From positions 1-52,258 of the IMG/VR virus record IMGVR_UViG_3300018412_000021: DNA of 52,258 bases, one strand, 5' to 3'. A program made the position numbers and the translations under genes. Source of the DNA: a virus (lineage: Duplodnaviria > Caudoviricetes). The notes under the pieces were generated by a model. The model was not told where the DNA came from, did no database searches, and saw only the letters and a program-made list of their open reading frames with translations. Shown in pieces: positions 37,154 through 46,067 of the stretch (positions within the stretch are counted from its first letter, which is position 1; each line of letters opens with the position of its first letter).

Positions 37154-37182
37154 TTGACCTGTTGGGCTAATAGGTTTATAGT
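37154..37182 (+). promoter_or_regulatory. sigma70-like promoter
   Basis: TTGACC-N17-TATAGT with an A-rich UP region. Confidence 0.65.
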
Positions 37183-37215
37183 GTGCCTATATTCAATCAA
37201 AAGCAGGTTAAGAAC

Positions 37216-37404
37216 ATGGAAATTTATCACTTGCAAACATACCAATATTCTAGTTATAGTTATGACGGATTAGCGCCAAGTGAAAGCTATTTCTTTACAA
37301 CAGAAGAGAAAGCCAGAGCGTTTGCAAAAGCCAATAACTGGACTATTGTTGAATATGGTGATAACGACAATCAGGCCACTCTTGAAAAAGTAATTGTCCG
37401 TTGA
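37216..37404 (+). CDS. Hypothetical early protein
   Basis: ORF after the promoter. Confidence 0.55.
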   Translation: MEIYHLQTYQYSSYSYDGLAPSESYFFTTEEKARAFAKANNWTIVEYGDNDNQATLEKVIVR

Positions 37405-37416
37405 CAGGTGAATCAA

Positions 37417-37641
37417 ATGTCATATAAAGAATCTGATATTGTACATGAAAACTTAGATTGTTTTGTTCTGAAGGAAAAAGATTGTTATACTGTCTTTGTC
37501 AGTGGTGTTACACATTCAAAGTCAGACAGTAGTTATGCAAAAGACGAGGACGGTTTGTCTCTGGCTACTATCCGCTGCAACTACCTTGCTGATAGTAAAA
37601 CAGCCTATAGACATTTTCGATTGCCTAAATATCTTCAATAG
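37417..37641 (+). CDS. Hypothetical phage protein
   Basis: YKESDIVHEN...GVTHS.SDSSY...DGLSLA motif. Confidence 0.6.
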   Translation: MSYKESDIVHENLDCFVLKEKDCYTVFVSGVTHSKSDSSYAKDEDGLSLATIRCNYLADSKTAYRHFRLPKYLQ

Positions 37642-37663
37642 AAACAATCAATCAGAATAAATC

Positions 37664-37691
37664 TTGACACACGTAGCAGAGTGGCTATAAT
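37664..37691 (+). promoter_or_regulatory. sigma70-like promoter
   Basis: TTGACA-N16-TATAAT. Confidence 0.65.
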
Positions 37692-37740
37692 GGGAACCAA
37701 GCCTAGCAGAAAAGCTGCCAGGCAAACCAAGGTGGATAAA

Positions 37741-38028
37741 ATGTCATACTCAAGCAAGCTGAAAATTAAGAAAGAACATTTCGACCACATTGCCGAAAAG
37801 ATTGCAAAAACTTTAGAAAATAATCTGGAAGTGGTTGCAGCATACGAAAGTGGCAACTTCCGAAACAGCGATAAAGTCAAATGCTTACAAACTCGGTTCA
37901 ATTATGATATGCTCAATTATAGTGTGGACAGCAAGTGGATTTGTGATAACCTGTACCCATATATGGACGACAGCCACCTAAAAGCGGCATTGTTACGGAT
38001 CGCACCTAAAATAGAAAAGAAATATTAA
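37741..38028 (+). CDS. Hypothetical phage protein
   Basis: WICDNLYPYMDDSHL..AL motif; AAGGTGG RBS. Confidence 0.65.
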   Translation: MSYSSKLKIKKEHFDHIAEKIAKTLENNLEVVAAYESGNFRNSDKVKCLQTRFNYDMLNYSVDSKWICDNLYPYMDDSHLKAALLRIAPKIEKKY

Positions 38029-38036
38029 AATAAATC

Positions 38037-38065
38037 TTGACAATGGCAACAGGCTAGACAATAAT
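38037..38065 (+). promoter_or_regulatory. sigma70-like promoter
   Basis: TTGACA-N17-AATAAT. Confidence 0.55.
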
Positions 38066-38121
38066 GATCACAACAGGGTAGCAATGGCGCTGCTCTGAAT
38101 ATCAAAATAGGAATACAGAAC

Positions 38122-38445
38122 ATGAAAAAGACAATCGACTCTCAAGACTTTATTCAGGCTTTCCGTGATTACAACCGCCAAGACAATTTCAGCATTGATG
38201 GGCTGAAAGCATTGTTTGAGATGTTTGAAGAGATTGATTCAGATATGGAATTGGATGTTATCGCAATCTGTTGCGATTATTCCGAAAGTGATGCACAGGA
38301 TATTGCAGACAATCACGGTATTGATTTGTCAGATTGTGCGGACGATGAAGAGCGTTTTAATACTGTTGTCGAATACCTACAAGAGGAAACGCAAGTAGTA
38401 TATTCTGATTGTGACGATGATGTTATTGTTTACGCTAATTTTTAA
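38122..38445 (+). CDS. Highly acidic early protein
   Basis: About 30 D/E in 107 aa; R.DNFS..GL.ALF and ELDVIAICCDY motifs. Confidence 0.7.
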   Translation: MKKTIDSQDFIQAFRDYNRQDNFSIDGLKALFEMFEEIDSDMELDVIAICCDYSESDAQDIADNHGIDLSDCADDEERFNTVVEYLQEETQVVYSDCDDDVIVYANF

Positions 38446-38461
38446 GTTTGAAGGTGATAAG

Positions 38462-38662
38462 ATGATCAAGAACAAAAAAGATTTATACGCCTTTTGTATA
38501 AGAAACATAGACGACGGATATGGGAAAAATTTTTATAACTGGGATAAACAAAGTCAAGAGGATTTTGTAAATGACGCTTTTATCGAATACCAAAAAAGCT
38601 CTATTGTGGTTTTCAGAGACAAATATACACGTGTTGACGCAGACCAAAGGATTTTCAAATAA
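38462..38662 (+). CDS. Hypothetical protein
   Basis: AAGGTG RBS. Confidence 0.55.
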   Translation: MIKNKKDLYAFCIRNIDDGYGKNFYNWDKQSQEDFVNDAFIEYQKSSIVVFRDKYTRVDADQRIFK

Positions 38663-38674
38663 TTTAAATACCTA

Positions 38675-38703
38675 TTGACAAGCTGAAAACAAGGTATTAG
38701 AAT
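38675..38703 (+). promoter_or_regulatory. sigma70-like promoter
   Basis: TTGACA-N17-TAGAAT. Confidence 0.7.
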
Positions 38704-38760
38704 TGATCACAAGGCTAGGGAATTAGCTCTAGCCTATAAAAATTGAATAGGAATACAATC

Positions 38761-39045
38761 ATGCGTAAGATTGAAAAAGAAATGATTGAGGCTGCAAAAT
38801 CTGGTAAAAATTGGTCGAAAGATAATACAAGTGTCATTGCCATTGTTGGCGGCATGTTAGTGCAGCTGCATGGCAATGATATTGGCGTCTATGAGGACCA
38901 AGGTGGCGGGCATTTTGGATTCACTGTGGATGTTGGCACTCTGAAAAAGTGGCCTACAAATACAACAAAAAGCCGTATTCGTGCTTTTGGTGTCGATCTG
39001 GTACAAAAGAAAAACAAAATGTATATTGACGGAAAGGAAGTGTAA
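38761..39045 (+). CDS. Hypothetical phage protein
   Basis: MRKIEKEM..A...KNWSKDNTSV...LHGN.I...W.TNTTKSR motif. Confidence 0.7.
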   Translation: MRKIEKEMIEAAKSGKNWSKDNTSVIAIVGGMLVQLHGNDIGVYEDQGGGHFGFTVDVGTLKKWPTNTTKSRIRAFGVDLVQKKNKMYIDGKEV

Positions 39046-39048
39046 CCA

Positions 39049-39183
39049 ATGAAAAAGACTATTAAAATTGCAGCAATGAATGACTGGCAATATATTAGCG
39101 AAAAGAAACAACAAAAGAAACAACACAAGCAATTCCGTGACAACAGAAAACAATGCAAGACATTCTGGCAAAGTGTCGATTGA
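39049..39183 (+). CDS. Small basic protein (44 aa)
   Basis: MKKTIKIAAMNDWQYISEKKQQKKQHKQFRDNRK; AAGGA RBS. Confidence 0.45.
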   Translation: MKKTIKIAAMNDWQYISEKKQQKKQHKQFRDNRKQCKTFWQSVD

Positions 39184-39287
39184 TAAAATAAATTGAAGAA
39201 AGGTTATTTGATAGAAACATTCAATTAGTACATTCTGATAAGAACAGATATGATTATCAAACATTCAAAGTAAAGCGGGAAATACAT

Positions 39288-39575
39288 ATGTGTTACATTG
39301 ATATCATAAAAGAGAATGAGGATTTGATAGTTTTTGAGTTTATGACCATCATCGATAACAAGACGATGGGAATAACTTACAGTATATGCACTAATTTTCA
39401 CCTAGACTATGGTATTTGTGATAGTGAACTGTTTACCCACTATCATGGCACAAGCAAAAGAGAGTACAGGAAAAGACTACAAGCGTATAAAAAGGCCGGC
39501 AATTTAAAGTTAAAACTGTATAGGACAAACAACGATGAAGAACGCACCAGAATTGTATACAGATTAGCGAAGTAA
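39288..39575 (+). CDS. Hypothetical protein
   Basis: ORF in the early region. Confidence 0.55.
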   Translation: MCYIDIIKENEDLIVFEFMTIIDNKTMGITYSICTNFHLDYGICDSELFTHYHGTSKREYRKRLQAYKKAGNLKLKLYRTNNDEERTRIVYRLAK

Positions 39576-39644
39576 ACAAAAGATTTGACGCCGAACCGTT
39601 TTACTATAGAATGAAGCCATAAACGCAGCCAATCAAAAGAGAGT

Positions 39645-39896
39645 ATGGACATGAAAACTTTCAACGTATATATCACCGATCTGTTTTCTGGCGAATTGAA
39701 TTACAGCCATGTCACAAAATTTGTTGTGGCCGCAAATACAGAACGCGGTGCTGTTTGCAAAGTATCAAAAGAAACGGGGTTGAATTTCAGAAAACAATAT
39801 GATGAAATTTACCACTCTACAAGTAAACTGACAGCTCTGGTAATTGACGATAGTGATGATCCATCTTATGACTATGAAAATGCTTTTAGCATTTAA
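39645..39896 (+). CDS. Hypothetical phage protein
   Basis: ITDLFSGELNYSHV motif; follows TTGACG-N16-TAGAAT (39585-39612). Confidence 0.65.
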   Translation: MDMKTFNVYITDLFSGELNYSHVTKFVVAANTERGAVCKVSKETGLNFRKQYDEIYHSTSKLTALVIDDSDDPSYDYENAFSI

Positions 39897-40064
39897 TTAA
39901 CAAATTCTATCAAAGCCCGCAATGCGACAGAAACATTTAATTTGCGGGTTTTGGTATGTTCTCTTATAGTGTGAAACATGCAAAAGCAATGGCGCATTGC
40001 AGACAACTGAAAATGGGTGACTTATGAATCGCAAAATGCAAACACTTAAAACTTTATCCGAACA

Positions 40065-40367
40065 ATGGAAAAACAGAAAAACACCGTAGACTGTTTTGAG
40101 TGGCAGACTTCCGGCGGTGAATTTATAATTGTGTGGATTGACTGTAATTTTGAGCCTTATAATCGCGGAGTGTTTTTTAGCATTGAAGGGCTTGATGATC
40201 ACAATGTATTCTCTTTTTCTGGACAAGTAAAAAAGAGAAACGGGAGTTTCTTTTTGCCTTTCGATTTAGAATTTGGGCCTGATCGAATAGAATGCTATCT
40301 TCAAGAGGTTCATTCTGAAATTATGGAAGGTTACATTATACCGAATGGAATTGAGCTAATAGATTAA
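40065..40367 (+). CDS. Hypothetical protein (true start possibly 40024 or 40036 via frameshift)
   Basis: Acidic 100-aa ORF; ATG 40065 lacks an RBS. Confidence 0.55.
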   Translation: MEKQKNTVDCFEWQTSGGEFIIVWIDCNFEPYNRGVFFSIEGLDDHNVFSFSGQVKKRNGSFFLPFDLEFGPDRIECYLQEVHSEIMEGYIIPNGIELID

Positions 40368-40466
40368 ATCTATTGGGTGTGTTTCTGTTATAGGAACAAT
40401 CAATTGTACAAGTAGGCTTTTCTTTTCTATAGTGTGTTCAAGTTAAACGAAACAGGAATCAAAACA

Positions 40467-40673
40467 ATGCAATCATTTACCCGCTTTACTATGTCTTTGG
40501 TGTCCAAAACTATCTGCGCTATGTCTGATACGCAGACAGAACGCTTTACACAACTGGCAAAAGCAAAGCATAAGATAAACAAGATCAATAGACAGTCTGC
40601 TAGCTATGCTTTCCGATTGGGTGCTATCCAAGCTGTCAGCCAGAGTACAGCAAAAGAGTATACATTTTATTGA
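40467..40673 (+). CDS. Hypothetical protein
   Basis: AGGA RBS after a TATAGT box. Confidence 0.55.
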   Translation: MQSFTRFTMSLVSKTICAMSDTQTERFTQLAKAKHKINKINRQSASYAFRLGAIQAVSQSTAKEYTFY

Positions 40674-40681
40674 AAATAACC

Positions 40682-40709
40682 TTGACGTAGCGCCGAAAGG
40701 CGCTATGCT
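40682..40709 (+). promoter_or_regulatory. sigma70-like promoter with palindromic spacer
   Basis: TTGACG-N16-TATGCT overlapping TAGCGCC-GAAA-GGCGCTA. Confidence 0.55.
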
Positions 40710-40761
40710 AGACCACAACAGCCAGCCACTACCGGCAAGGCAAAACCAGAAAGGTGACACC

Positions 40762-41025
40762 ATGCAAGCAATTACAACCAAGTTTTTCGGCCCAACTAAT
40801 ACCCTCGGCAGCCGGATCAAGGCAACATGCTGGCTGACCAGTATTATAGTATCTTTCGACCATAGTGCCAATACTGAAGAGAACCATACAGCGGCAATCG
40901 AAGCTCTTGTGTGCAAGCTCAACAATGATCGGATTGTCAAAGGTGGTAGCGGATTGTGGAACATTGCAGCCAATGGCGAAAGTGTCGATGGTAAAGGGAA
41001 AACAGCAATTATAGAACTAGTTTAA
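40762..41025 (+). CDS. Hypothetical phage protein
   Basis: MQAITTKFFGPTNTLGSRIKAT...ENH.AA motif; AAGGTG RBS. Confidence 0.7.
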   Translation: MQAITTKFFGPTNTLGSRIKATCWLTSIIVSFDHSANTEENHTAAIEALVCKLNNDRIVKGGSGLWNIAANGESVDGKGKTAIIELV

Positions 41026-41167
41026 ATAAGGCTTGACTAACACATGCCGGACTATGCCCTGATAGGTGGATTCTATCGGGGTATCCTTGTTGATAGGAAT
41101 ATACAATTACCCTTCTCTGCCAGGTCTGCTATAGTGTCCCTACATTCATTGATACAAGGTACTAAAC

Positions 41168-41404
41168 ATGAAAACACACACCATCACCATCAGCAACATA
41201 CATTGCAACAATCATCACTATTTGAATGACTGTGTTGGCATTGCGGGTATGTCTGGCGCTTTTAAGCCTATCAACGAGTGTGCAGCTGTTGCTATTATTA
41301 CTGACGAGCTGTTGTCATTGTGTGACATACCGTGGTCAGATGTGCAACAAATGCTAGGCGCTTTTGTTTGCCGTGGCTTTACTGTAAAAATTGAAAGTAT
41401 TTAA
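41168..41404 (+). CDS. Hypothetical protein
   Basis: AAGGT RBS. Confidence 0.55.
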   Translation: MKTHTITISNIHCNNHHYLNDCVGIAGMSGAFKPINECAAVAIITDELLSLCDIPWSDVQQMLGAFVCRGFTVKIESI

Positions 41405-41434
41405 GTTATTAAACAACAGGTAAGGCGCTACATT

Positions 41435-41638
41435 ATGAAAGCTAAGAAAATAGATATGTCTGATTTAATCCCTCACTTTGCCACAATGGGGAGTGTATCT
41501 AAGTACACCCTGGAGCATGGTATTGCGCGGACGAAAATTAGAAGCAATGCACTAGATTCACTGCTGAGCGCTGGAGTTGAGTATGCCGAGGCTGCCACTA
41601 TTGCCGATAAAGTAGTTATAGAAACATATGGCGAATAA
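41435..41638 (+). CDS. Hypothetical protein
   Basis: Last rightward ORF before the terminator. Confidence 0.55.
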   Translation: MKAKKIDMSDLIPHFATMGSVSKYTLEHGIARTKIRSNALDSLLSAGVEYAEAATIADKVVIETYGE

Positions 41639-41659
41639 TAAACAATAATGCTACACAAC

Positions 41660-41683
41660 AGGCCCGCTATATGCGGGCTTTTT
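41660..41683 (+). terminator. Intrinsic terminator ending the early region
   Basis: GGCCCGC-TATAT-GCGGGC followed by TTTTT. Confidence 0.85.
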
Positions 41684-42130
41684 ACTGCCTGTTATTTAAT
41701 CTTCTAAGTATATAAACAGTGCTCACTAATACACTTTAAACAATCAATAAACTTGCCAGCGTATAAGTCACAAGTACCGGCACACCTGATACAGCACACT
41801 ATAAGTACCTGTATACATACACCAGTCTATTGTCTGCTATGTTGTCTGTTGTTTACCTGTTGTGTTTATTGTTTTGTCGCTGTTGTGTGTCTTATATGTC
41901 AAGCCCTACACTCTTTAACTATCACCCATAACAACCCACAATAAACTCCCTCAACTCACTACCACCTCTTAATCCCTTCTCTGGTGCTCCCTCACATTCG
42001 TTCCACACTCAACTAATAGGTGACCATCGATTAACTCTTATCATTGCTTGTGAGTGACCACAGGCTCGCTGGTAGGTGTTGGATATTTTTGAATTGTAGC
42101 AGTAGTGGGAAGGTTGGCGTGGGGGTTGCT

Positions 42131-42230
42131 AAGACCCTTAGATATAGAGATGGGAATCTCAAGGATTAGCAAGACACTCTGATATAGAGCTGGTAATCTC
42201 AAAGGTTTAAGAGAAGACCCTCGGATATAG
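42131..42230. repeat. Three imperfect direct repeats at about 40-bp period
   Basis: AAGACCCTTAGATATAGAGATGGGAATCTCAA (42131), AAGACACTCTGATATAGAGCTGGTAATCTCAA (42171; 27/32 identical) and AAGACCCTCGGATATAG (42214). Confidence 0.8.
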
Positions 42231-42441
42231 GTGTGATATTTTCTGAATAAACCTGTAATATCTTAATAGGAATACCAACTCTGAGAATAGGGGGTTGGGT
42301 ATAATCTCCTCACAGAAAGAACATATCGTCCTTGACATATCCTATTCTGTATACCGGATTATTTCTATTAAGGGCAATGCCCTACAAGTCACGGATTCCG
42401 TGGCCTCCAGAATATTTTGTCAACACAGTGTTGATAACTGT

Positions 42442-43728
42442 CTACGGGAAGTCTCCAGATAACCAACGAATGAGTAACTTTTCCATACGGAGTGGAAGGA
42501 TATACACATCAATAGGTAGGTCATTTCTGATACGACTCCGCCAAATCCACTGAATCATTTCTGATAAAGCAAACTGGTCATCATCTGGTACTGCGTCTAG
42601 GTCAACTCCATAGTCTTGTAAGTATGCTTTCACAATAGTGTTTACATACCGATTATAAGCATGTACAACAGTTGTTTTGTGTGAGTAGTCATTGGTAGCT
42701 CTAGCTCCACAGAATAGGAATACCTCGTCTGGGTTCACTTCTTTAGGGATAACCAGTCTTTTGTTCTTTCTGTTCTCAACTTCTTTCAACACGGACTCTT
42801 TTGGCAGAGTGATAAGTAAATCTTCTCTTCCAACCTTCCTGTATACAGCCCTGATAGCACCTCCCACTTTCTTTAATTGTTCAGGGGTTGCATTCTTTGT
42901 GTACCAAGTGTGGGTCATACCATAGTTTCTGACGTTGTTTGTACTAGGGAGTTTACATAATTGGATCAAATCTCTGGCTTGATCGAGTACAACGGATGTA
43001 TCTTTCATTAAAGTTACTTCTGTGAAGTCAGATATTTCCACACCTTTGAGTTTAAGAAAAGATTCCATTACACTCCCTTTGAAGAGGTAGGAAAGTATTA
43101 CTGTTCTTGCACTACATTGTATTAAGGCAACTGGTAATTGAGTAACCATCATATCTCTGCTTCTCTTAGAGCAATACAACATCTCCATCTCACACAACTT
43201 TTTCAATCCTGAGTATTGAGTGTATTCAGTCATGTCTTCCCATAACCACTCCACTCTCCCTAGTTGGTCTTCATGTACCACCACATGCCCTGCTCTTTCG
43301 AGGGCTACAATATCTCCCTTCTTGTACTTACCGCTGTAAGGTTCAATCAGGCTTACCTCTTCATCGATAACCATCACATACTCTTGTTCCCGTATCACTT
43401 CTAAGTGTCTCTTGGATAGGTCTGTAAACAAGCTGTGTGTGAAGGAAACATTACACCCTTCTTTCAATAACTCCAGTAAGTGTTCTGATTTAGTCCTATA
43501 GTCTTGTGTAGTTGGGAATGTGAACTCTAAAGATTCACAGGCTTTTGGTATTCGTTCTTCCACTTCTGTTAGCATTGGAGATATATATAGGTATCTTTGG
43601 TTTGGGTTGTCTAACATCCATTTTATAACCCCCTGTGTCTTTCCCGATCCCATAATTGCGTCTAGCACTTCCACGGAAGGACATACTTCAACGGAGGTGC
43701 TTTCTTTTTCTTGTTTATCCAAATTCAT
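42442..43728 (-). CDS. SF2/DEAD-like helicase-fold protein (possible origin-binding protein)
   Basis: DAIMGSGKT Walker A, VIDEE Walker B and QWIWRSRIR motif VI-like sequence. Confidence 0.75.
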   Translation of the reverse strand: MNLDKQEKESTSVEVCPSVEVLDAIMGSGKTQGVIKWMLDNPNQRYLYISPMLTEVEERIPKACESLEFTFPTTQDYRTKSEHLLELLKEGCNVSFTHSLFTDLSKRHLEVIREQEYVMVIDEEVSLIEPYSGKYKKGDIVALERAGHVVVHEDQLGRVEWLWEDMTEYTQYSGLKKLCEMEMLYCSKRSRDMMVTQLPVALIQCSARTVILSYLFKGSVMESFLKLKGVEISDFTEVTLMKDTSVVLDQARDLIQLCKLPSTNNVRNYGMTHTWYTKNATPEQLKKVGGAIRAVYRKVGREDLLITLPKESVLKEVENRKNKRLVIPKEVNPDEVFLFCGARATNDYSHKTTVVHAYNRYVNTIVKAYLQDYGVDLDAVPDDDQFALSEMIQWIWRSRIRNDLPIDVYILPLRMEKLLIRWLSGDFP

Positions 43729-44030
43729 TGCCTCATCACAGTTATTCTAATCCCTGAGCCATCATCTTCACATGCAGATTTAACACCCTCAGCCTCCTCT
43801 AAACTTAAATCTTGCCCTAAGCTGAATGAGAAGTTGCAACCTACATCCTCAGCTAAAACCCAATAGTTGCAGTCTTCTAGTTTACCCATACTTTCACTGT
43901 ATTCAGGGTCATTGTAGTAGTCAATTATAGGAAACCAGCCTTCATCCTCTGCTGTACAGCCAGATGAGTTGTAGTCCTCTGGGAAGAAACACTGTTTCCC
44001 GTAGTTGATAGAACAATCACATATAGTCAT
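43725..44030 (-). CDS. Hypothetical acidic Cys-rich protein
   Basis: GGAGG RBS. Confidence 0.55.
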   Translation of the reverse strand: MTICDCSINYGKQCFFPEDYNSSGCTAEDEGWFPIIDYYNDPEYSESMGKLEDCNYWVLAEDVGCNFSFSLGQDLSLEEAEGVKSACEDDGSGIRITVMRQ

Positions 44031-44218
44031 CACTCCTCCCAATCGTCCACATAATAATCTTCTTGGAGTTGTTCTGTAACAGACTTAGGTTTGTCATACA
44101 GGTGTATATCTGTATATACCTCTGTGTATACCCTGCTTTCCTTAAACTCTTCTGGTAGCTCTTCATCCCATTTTCTCAATTTGTCATTGAGTTTATCAAT
44201 TTCTGTGTCTTGAGCCAT
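44030..44218 (-). CDS. Hypothetical acidic protein
   Basis: GGAGG RBS before ATG 44218. Confidence 0.5.
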   Translation of the reverse strand: MAQDTEIDKLNDKLRKWDEELPEEFKESRVYTEVYTDIHLYDKPKSVTEQLQEDYYVDDWEE

Positions 44219-44258
44219 TACTATTCCTCCCAAGGATATTCCCCTATCTGTATTTGAA

Positions 44259-44552
44259 TCAACTACCACTCTCCTCTGGATATTTAATAAACCAAACACG
44301 TTTACCCTGTTTCTTCTGTATCAGTCGTTTTTCATCTTTAATTCTACACTCCTTCCACCATTCAATACAATTATCAATACGCCACTCAGCTTCTATTTGA
44401 GTGAGCAAGTAGGTTGAATCATCAATATTACCCTTGGCAGGATGCCACCCCCACCAAAGGTGAGGGATAATCACCTGTTTGTATTCAGGATAGTAGCGAG
44501 TGTCTTTATACTGTTCCACTACTTTGATTCTCGTTTCAGGGATTGGTTTCAT
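44259..44552 (-). CDS. Hypothetical protein (apparent paralog of 46257-46559)
   Basis: TRIK..RY.P..W.W..ID..IKYP pattern. Confidence 0.6.
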   Translation of the reverse strand: MKPIPETRIKVVEQYKDTRYYPEYKQVIIPHLWWGWHPAKGNIDDSTYLLTQIEAEWRIDNCIEWWKECRIKDEKRLIQKKQGKRVWFIKYPEESGS

Positions 44553-44830
44553 AGTGACCACCGGATCGTAGCTGTAATATCAACACGACAATGGGGGTCA
44601 TTCCCTTTCAACTCATCTAGTATGTTTTCAATCCACTCATAGACTACAAAACCATCTTCTGAGATGCTTAAATCGAAGTAGTTGGGGTAGTAGTCTTTGT
44701 ATGCAGGAGGAGCATAAACGGAAAGGCGGTACTCTCGGGCTTTCAGGGCATCGTCTATCAACTTCATCGCAGACGCTATACTATCTTTTCGTGTACTGAT
44801 TACACCTTCTATTTGTGTCCAAACACCCAT
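44549..44830 (-). CDS. Hypothetical protein
   Basis: AAGGAG RBS. Confidence 0.6.
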   Translation of the reverse strand: MGVWTQIEGVISTRKDSIASAMKLIDDALKAREYRLSVYAPPAYKDYYPNYFDLSISEDGFVVYEWIENILDELKGNDPHCRVDITATIRWSL

Positions 44831-44874
44831 TTAATTATATCTCCTTTGTTAATTTGCAATAGAGGGAGAAGGGG

Positions 44875-45106
44875 TTACATTCCCCATTCTTGAACACCAC
44901 AGCTACAACAACCTAGAGGTTTACCATACACCATGTGATATATCACCATGTGATATATTTCCCTCTTCCTCACAAGTATTGCAAAGAGTTGTTTTCCTCA
45001 CTTCATAGTCATCACTCTTCCATTCAGGAGGAGTGTCATATTGTTCGCCGTCTGGGTAGACATATACGCTGTAATAGTAATCTTCACAATGTTTCAGTTC
45101 ATTCAT
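44875..45106 (-). pseudogene. Small Zn-ribbon-like gene with a frameshift and a 15-bp duplication
   Basis: The first frame ends CNTCEEE. The shifted frame continues EIYHMVIYHMVYGKPLGCCSCGVQEWGM*. Confidence 0.45.
44929..44958. repeat. Perfect 15-bp tandem duplication
   Basis: CACCATGTGATATAT occurs twice in tandem. Confidence 0.95.
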
Positions 45107-45443
45107 AATCCACCTCATTGATGATATAACAAACCTCTTCATCCCATACACTCCACGATTTTCCGGGATTGTCCTTTAATAACTTCTGACCGAACAAAGC
45201 CATCTTCTCTTCTATCTCACACTCAGCAGAATCTGACCCTTCTTCACCAACAATCTCGGAATACAAGCGATCATACTCCTTATCCCACTCTTCTTCAAGT
45301 TCTGGGCAATACACTCTTTGATGTCTCGTCACCTGTTCAACCCATTGCTCTGCTTTCTCTTTAGATTGGAATACAACAGCAGGATATGTCTGGTAATCGT
45401 CATACACCCCGACACAAGCCGTAACAACATAACAAGTGGTCAT
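45099..45443 (-). CDS. Hypothetical protein
   Basis: Operonic ORF. Confidence 0.6.
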   Translation of the reverse strand: MTTCYVVTACVGVYDDYQTYPAVVFQSKEKAEQWVEQVTRHQRVYCPELEEEWDKEYDRLYSEIVGEEGSDSAECEIEEKMALFGQKLLKDNPGKSWSVWDEEVCYIINEVDYE

Positions 45444-45448
45444 TTATC

Positions 45449-45736
45449 TCATTCCTCCTCTTCGATGATTTCAACAATGATACCAAGGTTTTCGGTAATC
45501 TGCAACAGAGATTTACGATCAAGGCAACTAATTGCATCCTCAAGCTCGTCAGAGATATCTGTGCGTCCCATAGCTGTGATCAGGGCTTGTTGGTAACAAT
45601 GTCCTTCTGATGAAGCTGTGCCTAATGATGGGTCTGTATCATCACTGTTGTAATAGACCATCTCTGTTGATTCACAACAGCTACAGCCAATTGAAGCCCA
45701 CTCAACCCCCTGTACAAACGTGTATCTAGTCTTCAC
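45449..45736 (-). CDS. Hypothetical protein
   Basis: GCSCCE motif. Confidence 0.6.
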   Translation of the reverse strand: MKTRYTFVQGVEWASIGCSCCESTEMVYYNSDDTDPSLGTASSEGHCYQQALITAMGRTDISDELEDAISCLDRKSLLQITENLGIIVEIIEEEE

Positions 45737-46067
45737 TCTTCTTCTCCAGTTCCACTAATTCGTAGTTACATTTATGATCGAAATCGCCCCAATAACCACC
45801 ATCCTCATCGTAACCTTCTTCGTCTACATCATCTGGACGTTCTTCTCGATTTGTTTGCTCACAAGTGTGGCTGATTTCCCCTGCTACGATCTGTTCCACA
45901 TCCTCATTCCAACCATCATCAAGGTACATAGAAATAACCTCACTGGCCACGTAGTCCCTGTCTTCTGCGGATTTATAGAAAATAAACCCATCACCGCAGG
46001 GGTCGTAAATAAAGAAACGAAATTCACTTGTCGGTTTCCAACTAAACTTAATCTTTTTATCAGTCAT
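45726..46067 (-). CDS. Hypothetical acidic phage protein
   Basis: YLDDGWNEDVEQI motif; AAGGAG RBS. Confidence 0.65.
   Translation of the reverse strand: MTDKKIKFSWKPTSEFRFFIYDPCGDGFIFYKSAEDRDYVASEVISMYLDDGWNEDVEQIVAGEISHTCEQTNREERPDDVDEEGYDEDGGYWGDFDHKCNYELVELEKKSED

Noticed and set aside
42131-42230. Mini CRISPR array
   Set aside because: The repeats are degenerate and separated by only 8-11 nt, and no cas genes are present.
41753-42553. ORFs 41753-41944 and 42332-42553
   Set aside because: They are low-complexity translations without an RBS, lying after the early terminator in a compositionally skewed non-coding gap.
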